Numbered from the stretch's first letter, positions 9,868 to 19,848 are shown. The stretch is 64,000 nt of DNA from Bacilli bacterium (GCA_028705995.1 JAQWCH010000001.1:4166-68165); one strand, 5' to 3'. The notes: generated by a model from the sequence alone, not told the origin. Numbers and translations: made by a program.

Positions 9868-11343
9868 ATGCAGAAATACATTTTAGCTATTGACCAAGGG
9901 ACAACTTCCACGCGGGCGATTTTGTTTTCTAAAGCCGGAGAGGCGACCTTACAAGCACAACGCGAAGTACGCTGTCGTTATCCACAACTCGGTTTTGTCG
10001 AGCAAGATGCGCTCGAACTTTGGATTAGCGTTATTGATGTTATTAATGATGTGCTCGTGCAAGCAAATATTGATTTTACAATGATTGATGCAATTGGAAT
10101 TACCAATCAACGCGAAACAACGATTATTTGGGATAAAAAAACCGGTCGTCCGATTGCCCCAGCAATTGTCTGGCAGAGTCGGCAAAGTGCGGATATTTGT
10201 GATCGATATAACGATAACAAGGAAAAAATTCACAGTAAAACCGGCCTCCTTTTGAATCCTTATTTTTCTGCGAGTAAAATTCGTTATATTTTGGAAAACA
10301 CGCCAGATGCCGAAAAGCGTGCGCTCAATGGCGAACTATTATTTGGAACAGTTGATTCCTGGATTATTTATAAATTAACACAAGGTCAAGTTCATGCCAC
10401 CGATAAGAGTAATGCTTCACGGACAATGCTTTATAACATTTTTGAACAAAAATGGGATGAAGAATTATTAAATCTGTTCGGTGTTGATGCCCAAATGCTC
10501 CCAAAGGTATATCCAAATTCTTATCATTTTGGTGATGCAACATTTTTTGGTGGTAGTGTGCCAATCATGGGGGTAGCCGGCGATCAACAAGCCGCACTTT
10601 TTGGGCAAACGTGTTTCGCGCCGGGTGATATAAAAAACACTTATGGTACGGGTTGTTTTATGTTGATGAATATCGGTGAGAAGCCAATCTTATCTAAACA
10701 TGGATTACTAACAACAATTGCTTGGGAAATAGACGGAAAAACAATTTATGCTTTTGAGGGATCAGTATTTGTTGCCGGTGCCGCTGTTCAGTGGTTGCGC
10801 GATGAAATGAAATTAATTAAAGATGCCCCCGACAGCGAACGTTCGGCGCAAATGATTAACGATTCTGAAGGTGTCTACTTTGTTCCGGCGTTTGTTGGAC
10901 TCGGAACACCATACTGGGATGATGATGTGCGCGGCGCCTTTTTTGGTCTAACACGAGCAACAACAAAATATCACATTGTACGTGCGACATTAGAAGCAAT
11001 CGCTTTTCAAAGCAAAGATGTGATTGAAGTTATGCGTAAAGAGGCTAAATGTCCACTCTTAAATCTTCGCGTAGATGGTGGGGCCACAGCGAACAATTAT
11101 TTGATGCAATTTCAGAGCGATATTCTCAATGTGAACATTCAAAAGCCAGTTGTTCTTGAAACAACAGCGCTTGGTGTTGCCTATCTTGCCGGCTTAGCTA
11201 GTGGCTTTTATCAGGGACTTAGTCACATTGAAAAAATCCATCATTACGCTAAAGAGTTTAAGCCGTTAATGTCTAAAGAAGAAGTAAATCATCGCTATCA
11301 AGGATGGAAGAAGGCAATAAAAGCCGCGCGCATCTTTAAATGA
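9868..11343 (+). CDS. glpK: Glycerol kinase
   Basis: MQKYILAIDQGTTSTRAILF N-terminus, FGGY kinase family, 491 aa, ends with a TGA stop. Confidence 0.95.
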   Translation: MQKYILAIDQGTTSTRAILFSKAGEATLQAQREVRCRYPQLGFVEQDALELWISVIDVINDVLVQANIDFTMIDAIGITNQRETTIIWDKKTGRPIAPAIVWQSRQSADICDRYNDNKEKIHSKTGLLLNPYFSASKIRYILENTPDAEKRALNGELLFGTVDSWIIYKLTQGQVHATDKSNASRTMLYNIFEQKWDEELLNLFGVDAQMLPKVYPNSYHFGDATFFGGSVPIMGVAGDQQAALFGQTCFAPGDIKNTYGTGCFMLMNIGEKPILSKHGLLTTIAWEIDGKTIYAFEGSVFVAGAAVQWLRDEMKLIKDAPDSERSAQMINDSEGVYFVPAFVGLGTPYWDDDVRGAFFGLTRATTKYHIVRATLEAIAFQSKDVIEVMRKEAKCPLLNLRVDGGATANNYLMQFQSDILNVNIQKPVVLETTALGVAYLAGLASGFYQGLSHIEKIHHYAKEFKPLMSKEEVNHRYQGWKKAIKAARIFK

Positions 11344-11371
11344 TTAAAACAAATATATATAATATATATAT

Positions 11372-11401
11372 TTGACGATATTTATATTTTCATGATAAAA
11401 T
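11372..11401 (+). promoter_or_regulatory. Sigma-A-type promoter: -35 TTGACG, 18-nt spacer, extended -10 TGATAAAAT
   Basis: Read directly from the sequence. The -10 ends 6 nt before the addB-like ATG (11408), and there is no SD in between. Confidence 0.5.
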
Positions 11402-11407
11402 TAGGCT

Positions 11408-13774
11408 ATGAATTTTTACGAGTATCTTTACTCATTTGATTATGCAATAATCCCATCCGCATCACGGATGAGCATTTTAAAGGCTAAAAAAGACTATCCA
11501 TTGTCCCATTTAAAAGTTCTCACAAAAGAAGAAATATTTTCATCTTTGGATTTTTCTTCGACACCAGAATGCGAGATTTATTTATACGAAGAAAAAAAAT
11601 ATGCATGGAATTTTATTCCAAAACTTTTATCGAGTCTTAATTTTTTAGTTACGCCCCCACAATTAACGCCGAAACTTCTCGAGTTAATTAATTTAAAAAA
11701 AGAACTATTTGCGCGGCGCCTGATCGTTAAAAATCCTTATTTTCTGCAACAGTTAAATAACAAAAAAATCGCCGTTATCGGCTTTGATGAAGATGACCGT
11801 GAATTAAAAATATTTGCTGATTTACTCAATAGCGAGTTTCAATTTCTCCATTTACCTAATGTTAATCCAAAGCTTGAAGTCAAACATTTTGCGAGTATTG
11901 AAGAAGAAGTCGCCTACTTTTTTAATTATCTTGGTGCGCAGGGCATCCGAGAAAATCAAGATTTGAATAAAGTTAAACTACTTAACCCCCCAGCGGAATA
12001 TGAATTTTGGCTAACAACACTTGCTAATCTGTACCAAATTCCAGTGAATCTCAAATCAAATACCAAGCTTATTGTTTTGCCAATTGTAAAAAAGTTTCTT
12101 AAATACTTTAAAAAAACGCAAAATCTTATGGATGCTTTGCTAATTTTTGAAAATTATCCAGATTTACTCAAAAAAATAACCGCAATTATTAAAACCTATC
12201 CAGCAAATAAATTTAAAGATTATCCATCTTTTTTACAGGAGATATTCGCCGCGATTGATGCACCCGAAAAACACTATGAGGGAGCACTTGAAATCACTGA
12301 GGATATCTTATTTCAATCACCCACAATTTTTGCTTTAGGATTTATTGATGGTCACTACCCAAAAGTATCTAAAGACGAAGATTTTCTCAATGATGAAGAA
12401 AAAAGACTAGTTGGTCGACTTTCATCTGCGGAAATCAACTCGCAAGCGCGAAAGTTTTTAATGGAAAAGATATGTGCCTCGACACAAGTTGTTTTTTCTT
12501 ATAGTGATAAAACAAGCACGGGATCAACATATCCTTCATCAATGATTTCCGAACTCAAATTCAAAGTTGTTGATTTTCCCAACTTAACAACGCAATACTC
12601 TTTGCCGTGGGCACAACTTTATGCAGGTAATTTACAAGATTTGTTTTATAAATATCGGGAATCTCATCAAGACTTGCCCCTTTATCAGCATCTATTAAAA
12701 AGTGCTAATTATCGCGGCTATCAAAATAAAATTACTTTTAAAAAACCAATAAATATTGCCTCTAATCAACGTTATTCGTTTTCTAAATTGGATAGTTTCT
12801 TTAATTGTCCGTTTCAATATTATCTTGAACATGTAGTTCATCTTAATGAACAAGAAGAAATTTTTGCGATTAAATTAGGTCAACTAGTGCACAGCATATT
12901 GGAGGCAAGAATCAGCGATAATAATTTTGTTTATGAACAAGCTTTTGACAAATTTGCCGCTAGCAATAATTTTACTGCGGAAGAAAGTGTCTATCTTGTA
13001 CGAATCAAGCGTGAATTGAGGTTTACATTAGAGTTTATTGAGCAGCACGAAAAATTAATTAATATTGGGCAAATTGTTGTCGAAAAGAAATTTGAAGTGA
13101 ATTTAACAAATAATATTAGCTTAAGTGGTGTCGCGGATAAAATATATCAAATCAATAGCGCCATTGGTCCACTTTATGTTGTGATTGATTATAAGACGGG
13201 GAAAGCACGCTATCACGAAGCATATTTACCATACGGGCTTTCATTGCAATTACCAATTTACGCCTTACTGCTCAAAAAAAGCAAAGAGTTTACTACTGGA
13301 CAAGTTATTGGCTTATATATTCATCCAGTTTTAAACAGCAAAATTTCGCGCGAAGCAGGGTTGAGCACAGAAGAATTTTATCGTAAACAACTCCAACTTG
13401 TTGGTGTTTCAATCAATGATAAAAATTTACTCTCCGCGTTTGATCCGACCTACGAATATTCTAACTTTATTCGTTCCTTAGCGGTGAAAAAAGATGGTGA
13501 CTTTACCGCCCACGCCAAAGTGAAATCCGCGGAAGGTTTTGATGAACTCGCCGCACTAGCAGAACAAAAAGTATTTGAAGCGGATCAATGTATTCGTGAA
13601 CTTGCATTTGATATCGCGCCAATAAAAATTGCAACAAGCGTTGATGCGTGTGCATATTGCCCGTATCGCGATATTTGTTATCGAGATGGGAAAGACTATC
13701 GTGAAATTAAATTAGAAAAGCAAAGCAATAAAAATAGCGAGGATGAGGAAAGCGAGTTTGACGAAGATGAATAA
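11408..13774 (+). CDS. addB: AddB/RexB-like PD-(D/E)XK nuclease subunit (no Walker A)
   Basis: 788 aa directly upstream of and overlapping addA. C-terminal nuclease motif VIDYKTGK. Four Cys arranged as in the AddB Fe-S cluster (FFNCPFQYY ... DACAYCPYRDIC). No GxxxxGK[ST] motif anywhere. Confidence 0.7.
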   Translation: MNFYEYLYSFDYAIIPSASRMSILKAKKDYPLSHLKVLTKEEIFSSLDFSSTPECEIYLYEEKKYAWNFIPKLLSSLNFLVTPPQLTPKLLELINLKKELFARRLIVKNPYFLQQLNNKKIAVIGFDEDDRELKIFADLLNSEFQFLHLPNVNPKLEVKHFASIEEEVAYFFNYLGAQGIRENQDLNKVKLLNPPAEYEFWLTTLANLYQIPVNLKSNTKLIVLPIVKKFLKYFKKTQNLMDALLIFENYPDLLKKITAIIKTYPANKFKDYPSFLQEIFAAIDAPEKHYEGALEITEDILFQSPTIFALGFIDGHYPKVSKDEDFLNDEEKRLVGRLSSAEINSQARKFLMEKICASTQVVFSYSDKTSTGSTYPSSMISELKFKVVDFPNLTTQYSLPWAQLYAGNLQDLFYKYRESHQDLPLYQHLLKSANYRGYQNKITFKKPINIASNQRYSFSKLDSFFNCPFQYYLEHVVHLNEQEEIFAIKLGQLVHSILEARISDNNFVYEQAFDKFAASNNFTAEESVYLVRIKRELRFTLEFIEQHEKLINIGQIVVEKKFEVNLTNNISLSGVADKIYQINSAIGPLYVVIDYKTGKARYHEAYLPYGLSLQLPIYALLLKKSKEFTTGQVIGLYIHPVLNSKISREAGLSTEEFYRKQLQLVGVSINDKNLLSAFDPTYEYSNFIRSLAVKKDGDFTAHAKVKSAEGFDELAALAEQKVFEADQCIRELAFDIAPIKIATSVDACAYCPYRDICYRDGKDYREIKLEKQSNKNSEDEESEFDEDE

Positions 13775-16700
13775 ATTTACACAACAACAACAAAAAGCGA
13801 TTCTCACACGTGGAAGCAATGTCATCGTTAGTGCAGGTGCGGGCAGTGGGAAAACAGCGGTTTTAACTGAACGAGTTTTTCGTCTTATTGTTGATGAACA
13901 TATCCCTTTAAATCGTCTTTTAGTACTCACTTTTACCAATGCAGCAGCCCATGAGATGAAAGTAAGAATAAAAAATCGTTTAGCAAAAGAACAAGCAACA
14001 AAAAGATTTGCCGATGAAATTGAAAATGCGCAAATTACAACTTTTGATGCTTATGCTTATTATTTAGTTCGTAAGTATCATTATTTATTGAAAATTGATG
14101 CCGATGTTTCAATTATTGAAGAAAACCTCATTTCCGTCACTAAACAGCATTATCTCGATGAAATACTGCAAGCGTATTATCAAGAAAAAGAACCGCGGTG
14201 GGTGGAATTAATTACCAACTATACAATTAAAAACGACAGTGCAATCCGCAAACTGATTTTAAGTTTTGATCGTTTAATTGATTTAAAAAATGATGAAAAA
14301 GATTATATTAAACACTATCTAACTAATCATTTTTCTGAACAGTTTTTTGCACAATCATATGAAAATTTTCTGCTGATATGCAAAGATTTTATTTCAAATA
14401 TTCAAAAATATCTTCGCCAAATTGATAATGCCAAAGAGGCGACTAATTTAAATCAGTTTTTCGAACGATATCTTGCCGCGGCTGATATCAATTTAGTCTT
14501 AAATACACTGCGTAATTTTGACGCAAAATTCCCGCGCAAAGTCAATAAATTATCAGAGGAAGACAAAAATTTGCATGATGCAATTAGCAAGGAATTTAAA
14601 GAATTAAAAAAATATGCCGATTTAGGTAGTTATGATGATCTACAAAAACGTTACTTTTCAACTAAAAATGTAGTTAGTGTAATTGTTGAAATCTTAGAAA
14701 AGTTACGGACGAAGATGGACGAGTATAAACACAAATACAATGTATACACTTTTAATAACATTGCAAAAATGGCTTTATCGCTTCTTGATTATGAACAAGT
14801 ACAAAATGAAATTCGCTCACAAATGCAGTACATCATGATCGATGAATATCAAGACACTTCTGATTTACAAGAAGCATTTCTTGCCAAGATTGCAAATAAC
14901 AATCTTTATATGGTTGGCGATATTAAACAAAGCATTTATCGCTTCCGCCATGCGAATAGTGATATTTTCCGTGACAAATATCTTTCTTACCAAGATGGGA
15001 CAAACGGAAAATGTATTGACATGAATGAAAATTTTCGTTCGCGCTCAGAAGTAATTAATGACATTAACTCGCTTTTTTCTCAATTAATGAGTGTTGAATA
15101 TGGTGGAGCGGATTATCGCGCAACGCACCAAATAATTTTTGCTAATAAAGCATATACAACTAACGGACAAGTGGCGAATAATTGTTCAATCGATGCCTTG
15201 ACTTATAACGCAATATCCGACGACGATGACGATAATTTGTCGCGGCAGCAAAAAGAAGGAATCATTATTAGTGATAAAATTTCTCAGTTAATTAGTTCTA
15301 AATATTTAGTGTTTCCGAAAGACGCTAAAGCGCCACGACCAATTGAATATCAAGATATCGCAATTCTTGTTGATCGAAAAACAAATTTTGATATCTACCA
15401 AAAAGCTCTGCAAGCACGGCAAATCCCAGTGAAAATTCATCAAGAACGAACCGTAACAACCGCCCACGTTACGCAAGTACTGCGTTCATTAATTAAACTC
15501 GCTGTAGCGATCGATGAAGATTCTTTAGATTCCAAACAAGCCCGGCATAGTTTTCTTAGTATTGCGCGTAGTTATCTTTATCAATTGCCTGATGATGAAA
15601 CGTATCAAACACTCGCGCAGGAGAAAGATTTTTTTAATCACCCAATTATTTTAAAAATGCACAACTTTTGTAAAAGCACGCGCGATTTACCTTTAAAAAA
15701 GCGAATTGAGCAAATTATATTCGATTTTGATTTGGCGGCAAAACTCCCCTTAATTGGTGAAATTCAAGCAAACTTATATTTGCTAAACTCACTTGTTGAT
15801 GCAGCAACAACGCTGGAAAAACTTGATTATTCGTTGAAGGATTTTAGTGAGTATTTCGAATCAATCACTGACTTTGATTTAGATTTCTCAATACCGGATT
15901 ACTTAGCTCCGCAGAACGCCGTACAACTTATGTCGATTCATAAATCGAAAGGTTTGGAGTTTCCGCTTGTTTTTTATTGCGGACTTGCATCACGGTTTAA
16001 TGTTGCCGACTTAAGAACCGCATTTTTCGCTGATAATCATTATGGCATCCAACTACCAAATATTGATGAAAGCGGTGGCACTAGTATGTTCCGTTATTTA
16101 GTGAATCGAAAAGAAATTCAGGCTGATATATCAGAAAAAATTCGGCTTTTCTATGTTGCCTTAACCCGAGCGCGCGAAAAAATCTTTTTGGTTTTGCCAC
16201 TGCCCAAAGATGGTTACCAAAAGCCAATTTCTCAAGCCAGTTGTCTAGCAGATTTTGTCTACAATTGGGATCTCTTTCCAGAGCGGATCAATCTGATTGA
16301 ACAAGTTAGTGCAACTTTAGAGTCGCAACAAAATATATTGACGATTCCAGCTAACAAAGAAAAAATTGCAATTGGTAAATTCAATTTTGTTTATAAAGAA
16401 AAGCCAGTTACCGTATTTTCTAAGACGATTACGACCGATAGTGATCCCAATGTCCTACGTTATGGAGAAGAATTACATTATTTATTAAGTCTTGTAAACT
16501 TTGAAACAAAAAACATTGATTTTATCGTTGACGATAAACAAAAAAATATTGTTCAAAAAATCATCAATCTCGATTTATTTACTGATGTTAAAGCAAATCA
16601 AGTTTATCAAGAATATTCATTCTATGATGAAGAGTTTAATCGCACCGGTATTATTGATGGTTTTATTGTTTTTGCCGACTATATAACTCTATTTGATTAC

Positions 16701-16856
16701 AAATTAGCAAATATTAACGATATTTCCTATGATCAACAAGTTACGAAATATGCCAAATATCTCGCTTGCACATTTAATAAGCCGATTAGGGCCTACCTGA
16801 TTAGTATTTTAAATGCTGAATATCGTTCAGTGGCACTTCCGAGTCAAATAGCATAA
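13767..16856 (+). CDS. addA: ATP-dependent helicase/nuclease subunit A (UvrD/PcrA-like helicase plus C-terminal nuclease)
   Basis: Walker A SAGAGSGKT, MIDEYQDT (motif II), UvrD-family motifs, C-terminal GIIDGF..LFDYKLA nuclease motif. The start is taken at MNKFTQQQQKAI (13767); the alternative ATG is at 13743. Confidence 0.85.
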   Translation: MNKFTQQQQKAILTRGSNVIVSAGAGSGKTAVLTERVFRLIVDEHIPLNRLLVLTFTNAAAHEMKVRIKNRLAKEQATKRFADEIENAQITTFDAYAYYLVRKYHYLLKIDADVSIIEENLISVTKQHYLDEILQAYYQEKEPRWVELITNYTIKNDSAIRKLILSFDRLIDLKNDEKDYIKHYLTNHFSEQFFAQSYENFLLICKDFISNIQKYLRQIDNAKEATNLNQFFERYLAAADINLVLNTLRNFDAKFPRKVNKLSEEDKNLHDAISKEFKELKKYADLGSYDDLQKRYFSTKNVVSVIVEILEKLRTKMDEYKHKYNVYTFNNIAKMALSLLDYEQVQNEIRSQMQYIMIDEYQDTSDLQEAFLAKIANNNLYMVGDIKQSIYRFRHANSDIFRDKYLSYQDGTNGKCIDMNENFRSRSEVINDINSLFSQLMSVEYGGADYRATHQIIFANKAYTTNGQVANNCSIDALTYNAISDDDDDNLSRQQKEGIIISDKISQLISSKYLVFPKDAKAPRPIEYQDIAILVDRKTNFDIYQKALQARQIPVKIHQERTVTTAHVTQVLRSLIKLAVAIDEDSLDSKQARHSFLSIARSYLYQLPDDETYQTLAQEKDFFNHPIILKMHNFCKSTRDLPLKKRIEQIIFDFDLAAKLPLIGEIQANLYLLNSLVDAATTLEKLDYSLKDFSEYFESITDFDLDFSIPDYLAPQNAVQLMSIHKSKGLEFPLVFYCGLASRFNVADLRTAFFADNHYGIQLPNIDESGGTSMFRYLVNRKEIQADISEKIRLFYVALTRAREKIFLVLPLPKDGYQKPISQASCLADFVYNWDLFPERINLIEQVSATLESQQNILTIPANKEKIAIGKFNFVYKEKPVTVFSKTITTDSDPNVLRYGEELHYLLSLVNFETKNIDFIVDDKQKNIVQKIINLDLFTDVKANQVYQEYSFYDEEFNRTGIIDGFIVFADYITLFDYKLANINDISYDQQVTKYAKYLACTFNKPIRAYLISILNAEYRSVALPSQIA

Positions 16857-16874
16857 AATATAACTAACTGATTT

Positions 16875-18008
16875 ATGCAAAAACCTTCTTCCCGGCTCGC
16901 GCCGATGGCAAAAGAAAAATATCTTCAATTAATTGGCGGATTACATCTACCAGAAAATTTTCATTATGATTTTATTTATGAAATGTATGAAACAGTTCTT
17001 GATGGTCTTGCCGAAGTTGAACAGAAAAGTGATTTGTTAAAAATTGAAATTGTTGATCATCCAACGATTATTTATTACTTAATCGGTGAGCATTACTACA
17101 ACATCTTTGGTGGTAGTTTAGAACGTGTGACACAGCTCGAAGAAAATGAAAAGTACCAATCATTTTTATTGAGCAGTGCCCTCGATAAATATTTGACAAA
17201 TGGTCATCTTGAATATAAACTCGCCAATCGCTATTCGCAGTTTGCTCCTCCAATATCGACACTTGAACTCTATTTAAACTTTACTTTGGGCACATTAACA
17301 CGCTTTAAGAAAAAAGAACCAAACAAAACATTAATTATTGATATTATCACCAAGGGATTAACGCTTGGTAAGGGAATTATCAACCTCTTAAAGAGTGGTT
17401 TTGAAACTGAAGCATTTGTAACTTGGCGCACATTGCACGAAACTGAATGTGTTTTGATTGTGCTTGATCGTTTCCAAGCTCCAGCTATTCAGGCATATCT
17501 GCGCCATCTCAATTATGGTGTCGCTTTCCGTCATGGCATTAGTGATAAGAAGAAAAGCGATGATATTTTTGCGCAAATTAAAGAAGAACTTAAATTGCAT
17601 GGGTTAAAGAGCAAGGATATGAAGCGCTACATCGAATATGGTTGGCTTTATTCTTTACCTAATATTAATTTTGATAATGGTTATAAATTAAACTTCCGTG
17701 ATGGACTCGAGAAAATTGCTGGACTAAGTGCTTATGGTAAGAATTACGAAATGGCGAGTGAAGTCGCCCATTCATCACCAATTCTTATTTATGCGCGTGA
17801 AGATTTATTTGGTACGCTTACGTTAGTTAACCTCTATGAGTCATTCTTTCGGATGGAAGAAATATTCCGGAAAATTTATCTTTCAGTGATTTCGGAAGCT
17901 GAACAAAAGCAGTATGAATTAATGCGCAATATTTATTATCGTAGTATGCACAACATTCATGAGCGTGAAGCGCAGAAGTACTACCGGTTTTTTAATAAAC
18001 AAAAATAA
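16875..18008 (+). CDS. Hypothetical protein (377 aa, predicted all-helical)
   Basis: Long ORF 18 nt after addA, same strand, followed by a strong terminator. I could not recognise a family. Confidence 0.6.
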   Translation: MQKPSSRLAPMAKEKYLQLIGGLHLPENFHYDFIYEMYETVLDGLAEVEQKSDLLKIEIVDHPTIIYYLIGEHYYNIFGGSLERVTQLEENEKYQSFLLSSALDKYLTNGHLEYKLANRYSQFAPPISTLELYLNFTLGTLTRFKKKEPNKTLIIDIITKGLTLGKGIINLLKSGFETEAFVTWRTLHETECVLIVLDRFQAPAIQAYLRHLNYGVAFRHGISDKKKSDDIFAQIKEELKLHGLKSKDMKRYIEYGWLYSLPNINFDNGYKLNFRDGLEKIAGLSAYGKNYEMASEVAHSSPILIYAREDLFGTLTLVNLYESFFRMEEIFRKIYLSVISEAEQKQYELMRNIYYRSMHNIHEREAQKYYRFFNKQK

Positions 18009-18040
18009 AACCGACAGGTATAAAGCCTGCCGGTTTTTTA
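18007..18040. terminator. Bidirectional intrinsic terminator
   Basis: CCGACAGG/CCTGCCGG stem (one mismatch) flanked by an A-run and a T-run, between convergent genes. Confidence 0.8.
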
Positions 18041-18045
18041 ATTTC

Positions 18046-19689
18046 TTAGACGTCTTGGAAGCAACTGCCACCAAGAAATTCTTTCATCAACGAATTGGAA
18101 GGTACCCAAGTATCATCCATATCGACGAAGTATTTTAATAGGCGAAGAAGCCGTTCGGCAACAATAAAATATGGTGATTCGTAAGTGATATTTTTAAGTA
18201 GTGGTAACGCTACTTTGCGCATTACTGGTAATTCATATGGAAGCAAAGAGTTATAAACGAAATCAGCGTCCTCTTGTGTTTCATAAATCCACTTAAATTC
18301 CCCTTTGCGCACACTTGGCCACATTCCCATTGTGAGTTCAGCCGGTGCGTTGCGGAATTTGAAGTCACGAACAATTCGCCGTAGCAACCGTAAATCCGTT
18401 AAAGAAATTGGATTGTGGTTATCAATATTTATTTGCGCCTGTGGCGAAATATAAATTTTGAACTTTTGATGTTTAGGAATTAGCGTTGTCAATTGTTCAT
18501 TTAAAGCGTGAATCCCTTCGACAATAATTGGTTCGCTTTCAGCGATACGTAAAGTGCGACCTTTAATTCGACTGCCAATTTTAAAATCAAAGTGCGGTAG
18601 TGTTACTTCATTACCATTAATTAAATCGAGCATATTTTGGTTAAATAACTCGATATCTAAAGCATGAATTGACTCTAAATCAGGATCACCATTCTCATCT
18701 TTTGGCGCTTGATCGCGCGGAAGATAATAATCATCAAGCGAGATACGAATTGGATTAAGTCCGCGTGACATTAATTCAATCCGCAAGCGGTTAGCAAATG
18801 TTGTTTTTCCTGAACTTGAGGGTCCAGCAATACAGATGAGACGAACATCATCACCATTTTTTTCAATCATATTACCGAGGTCGGCGAGCATCCGATTATG
18901 CCGTGCTTCAGAAATATTGATTAAGTCAACGGTATGACCTTGTAGAATATAATCATTAATTGCGGATACGGAATCCGTTCCTAATGTTTTTGCCGTCTTA
19001 TACGCCTCTTTAAGCGTATGACCATAAGTTGGGGCATCTTCAAATAAAGGAATATTACCCGCGGACTCCGCACGTGGATACTGAACAATAATACCCGGTG
19101 AATACATGATTAAATTATAGCGGCGTAAGTAGCCAGTTGAAGGAACCATGTAACCATACATATAGTTATAGTAACCATCACAATCGTAAAAATGCACAGT
19201 TTTTTCGGGCCGATATTTTAAAATCGCAAGCTTGTCTTCAAAGCCGCGTTCGATGTAAATCTGGCGCGCTTCATCATTTGGAATAACTTTCCGAATAAAT
19301 GGAATATCTTGATTGATTAATAAATCCATCTCGGCTTTGAGGTCATTAAATAACTTACGGTCACTAACAATGCCCGGATTTAAAATTTGCATAAAAATCG
19401 ACCGTGAAACGTTATAGGAGAAACGTATTTCATATTCAGGGTGAATCCGTTCCACTGCCATTGCAACTAAATAGCGCAGCGATGTTTCATAAATACGCAC
19501 CGCTTCGGAATCAGTCGCGTCTAAAAAAATGATTTCAGCATCAAAATATACTTCATAAGTTAATTCGCGAATGCGGTTATTTACTTTCGCGCAAATTAGG
19601 GTTTGATGGTTTTCGGGAAGTAAATCAAGTAAGCGAACCTTCTGGTCGAATTCTTTTTCCTGCCCAAGAAATTTTAGTACAAAGCTCAT
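18046..19689 (-). CDS. Nucleoside (uridine-type) kinase with a long ThrRS/TGS-like N-terminal extension
   Basis: P-loop CIAGPSSSGKTTFANRL in the C-terminal half (PRK/uridine kinase-like). A roughly 270-aa N-terminal domain resembles the N-terminal region of the 550-aa nucleoside kinases of Firmicutes. Confidence 0.7.
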   Translation of the reverse strand: MSFVLKFLGQEKEFDQKVRLLDLLPENHQTLICAKVNNRIRELTYEVYFDAEIIFLDATDSEAVRIYETSLRYLVAMAVERIHPEYEIRFSYNVSRSIFMQILNPGIVSDRKLFNDLKAEMDLLINQDIPFIRKVIPNDEARQIYIERGFEDKLAILKYRPEKTVHFYDCDGYYNYMYGYMVPSTGYLRRYNLIMYSPGIIVQYPRAESAGNIPLFEDAPTYGHTLKEAYKTAKTLGTDSVSAINDYILQGHTVDLINISEARHNRMLADLGNMIEKNGDDVRLICIAGPSSSGKTTFANRLRIELMSRGLNPIRISLDDYYLPRDQAPKDENGDPDLESIHALDIELFNQNMLDLINGNEVTLPHFDFKIGSRIKGRTLRIAESEPIIVEGIHALNEQLTTLIPKHQKFKIYISPQAQINIDNHNPISLTDLRLLRRIVRDFKFRNAPAELTMGMWPSVRKGEFKWIYETQEDADFVYNSLLPYELPVMRKVALPLLKNITYESPYFIVAERLLRLLKYFVDMDDTWVPSNSLMKEFLGGSCFQDV

Positions 19690-19818
19690 ATAAATTATCC
19701 TCTATTTCTAATGGTGATAATCATATTAACAAGTCACGAAAAGTCTTGCAACAAAAGAAAAAAACGCTATTTTTTGTTAAGTTATGATTAAGTGGTTGAA
19801 CGCTTTACTTTTCATCAA

Positions 19819-19848
19819 TTGTCCGATTGAATAAAAAAATGTTATAAT
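19819..19848 (+). promoter_or_regulatory. Promoter candidate for the mscS-like gene (-35 TTGTCC, extended -10 TGTTATAAT)
   Basis: Read directly from the sequence. A GAGGTGG RBS follows at 19869-19875. Confidence 0.5.

Noticed and set aside
11354-11371. A (TA)n-like tract ATATATATAATATATATA lies upstream of the addB-like promoter. I considered it as a microsatellite or mobile-element end.
   Set aside because: It is short and unique in the window, with no matching inverted copy. It is best explained as an AT-rich UP-like region immediately upstream of the -35 TTGACG.
11408-16856. I considered the helicase-nuclease pair as a possible phage-defence system (Gabija- or other helicase/nuclease-type).
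   Set aside because: The motif content is UvrD-type helicase plus C-terminal nuclease, paired with a Fe-S PD-(D/E)XK subunit. That content and the gene order match housekeeping AddAB/RexAB recombination repair.
17935-17960. A HEPN-like Rx4-6H pattern (RSMHNIH) lies near the C-terminus of the 377-aa orphan protein.
   Set aside because: A single short pattern match with no supporting fold evidence is too weak to call a HEPN RNase.
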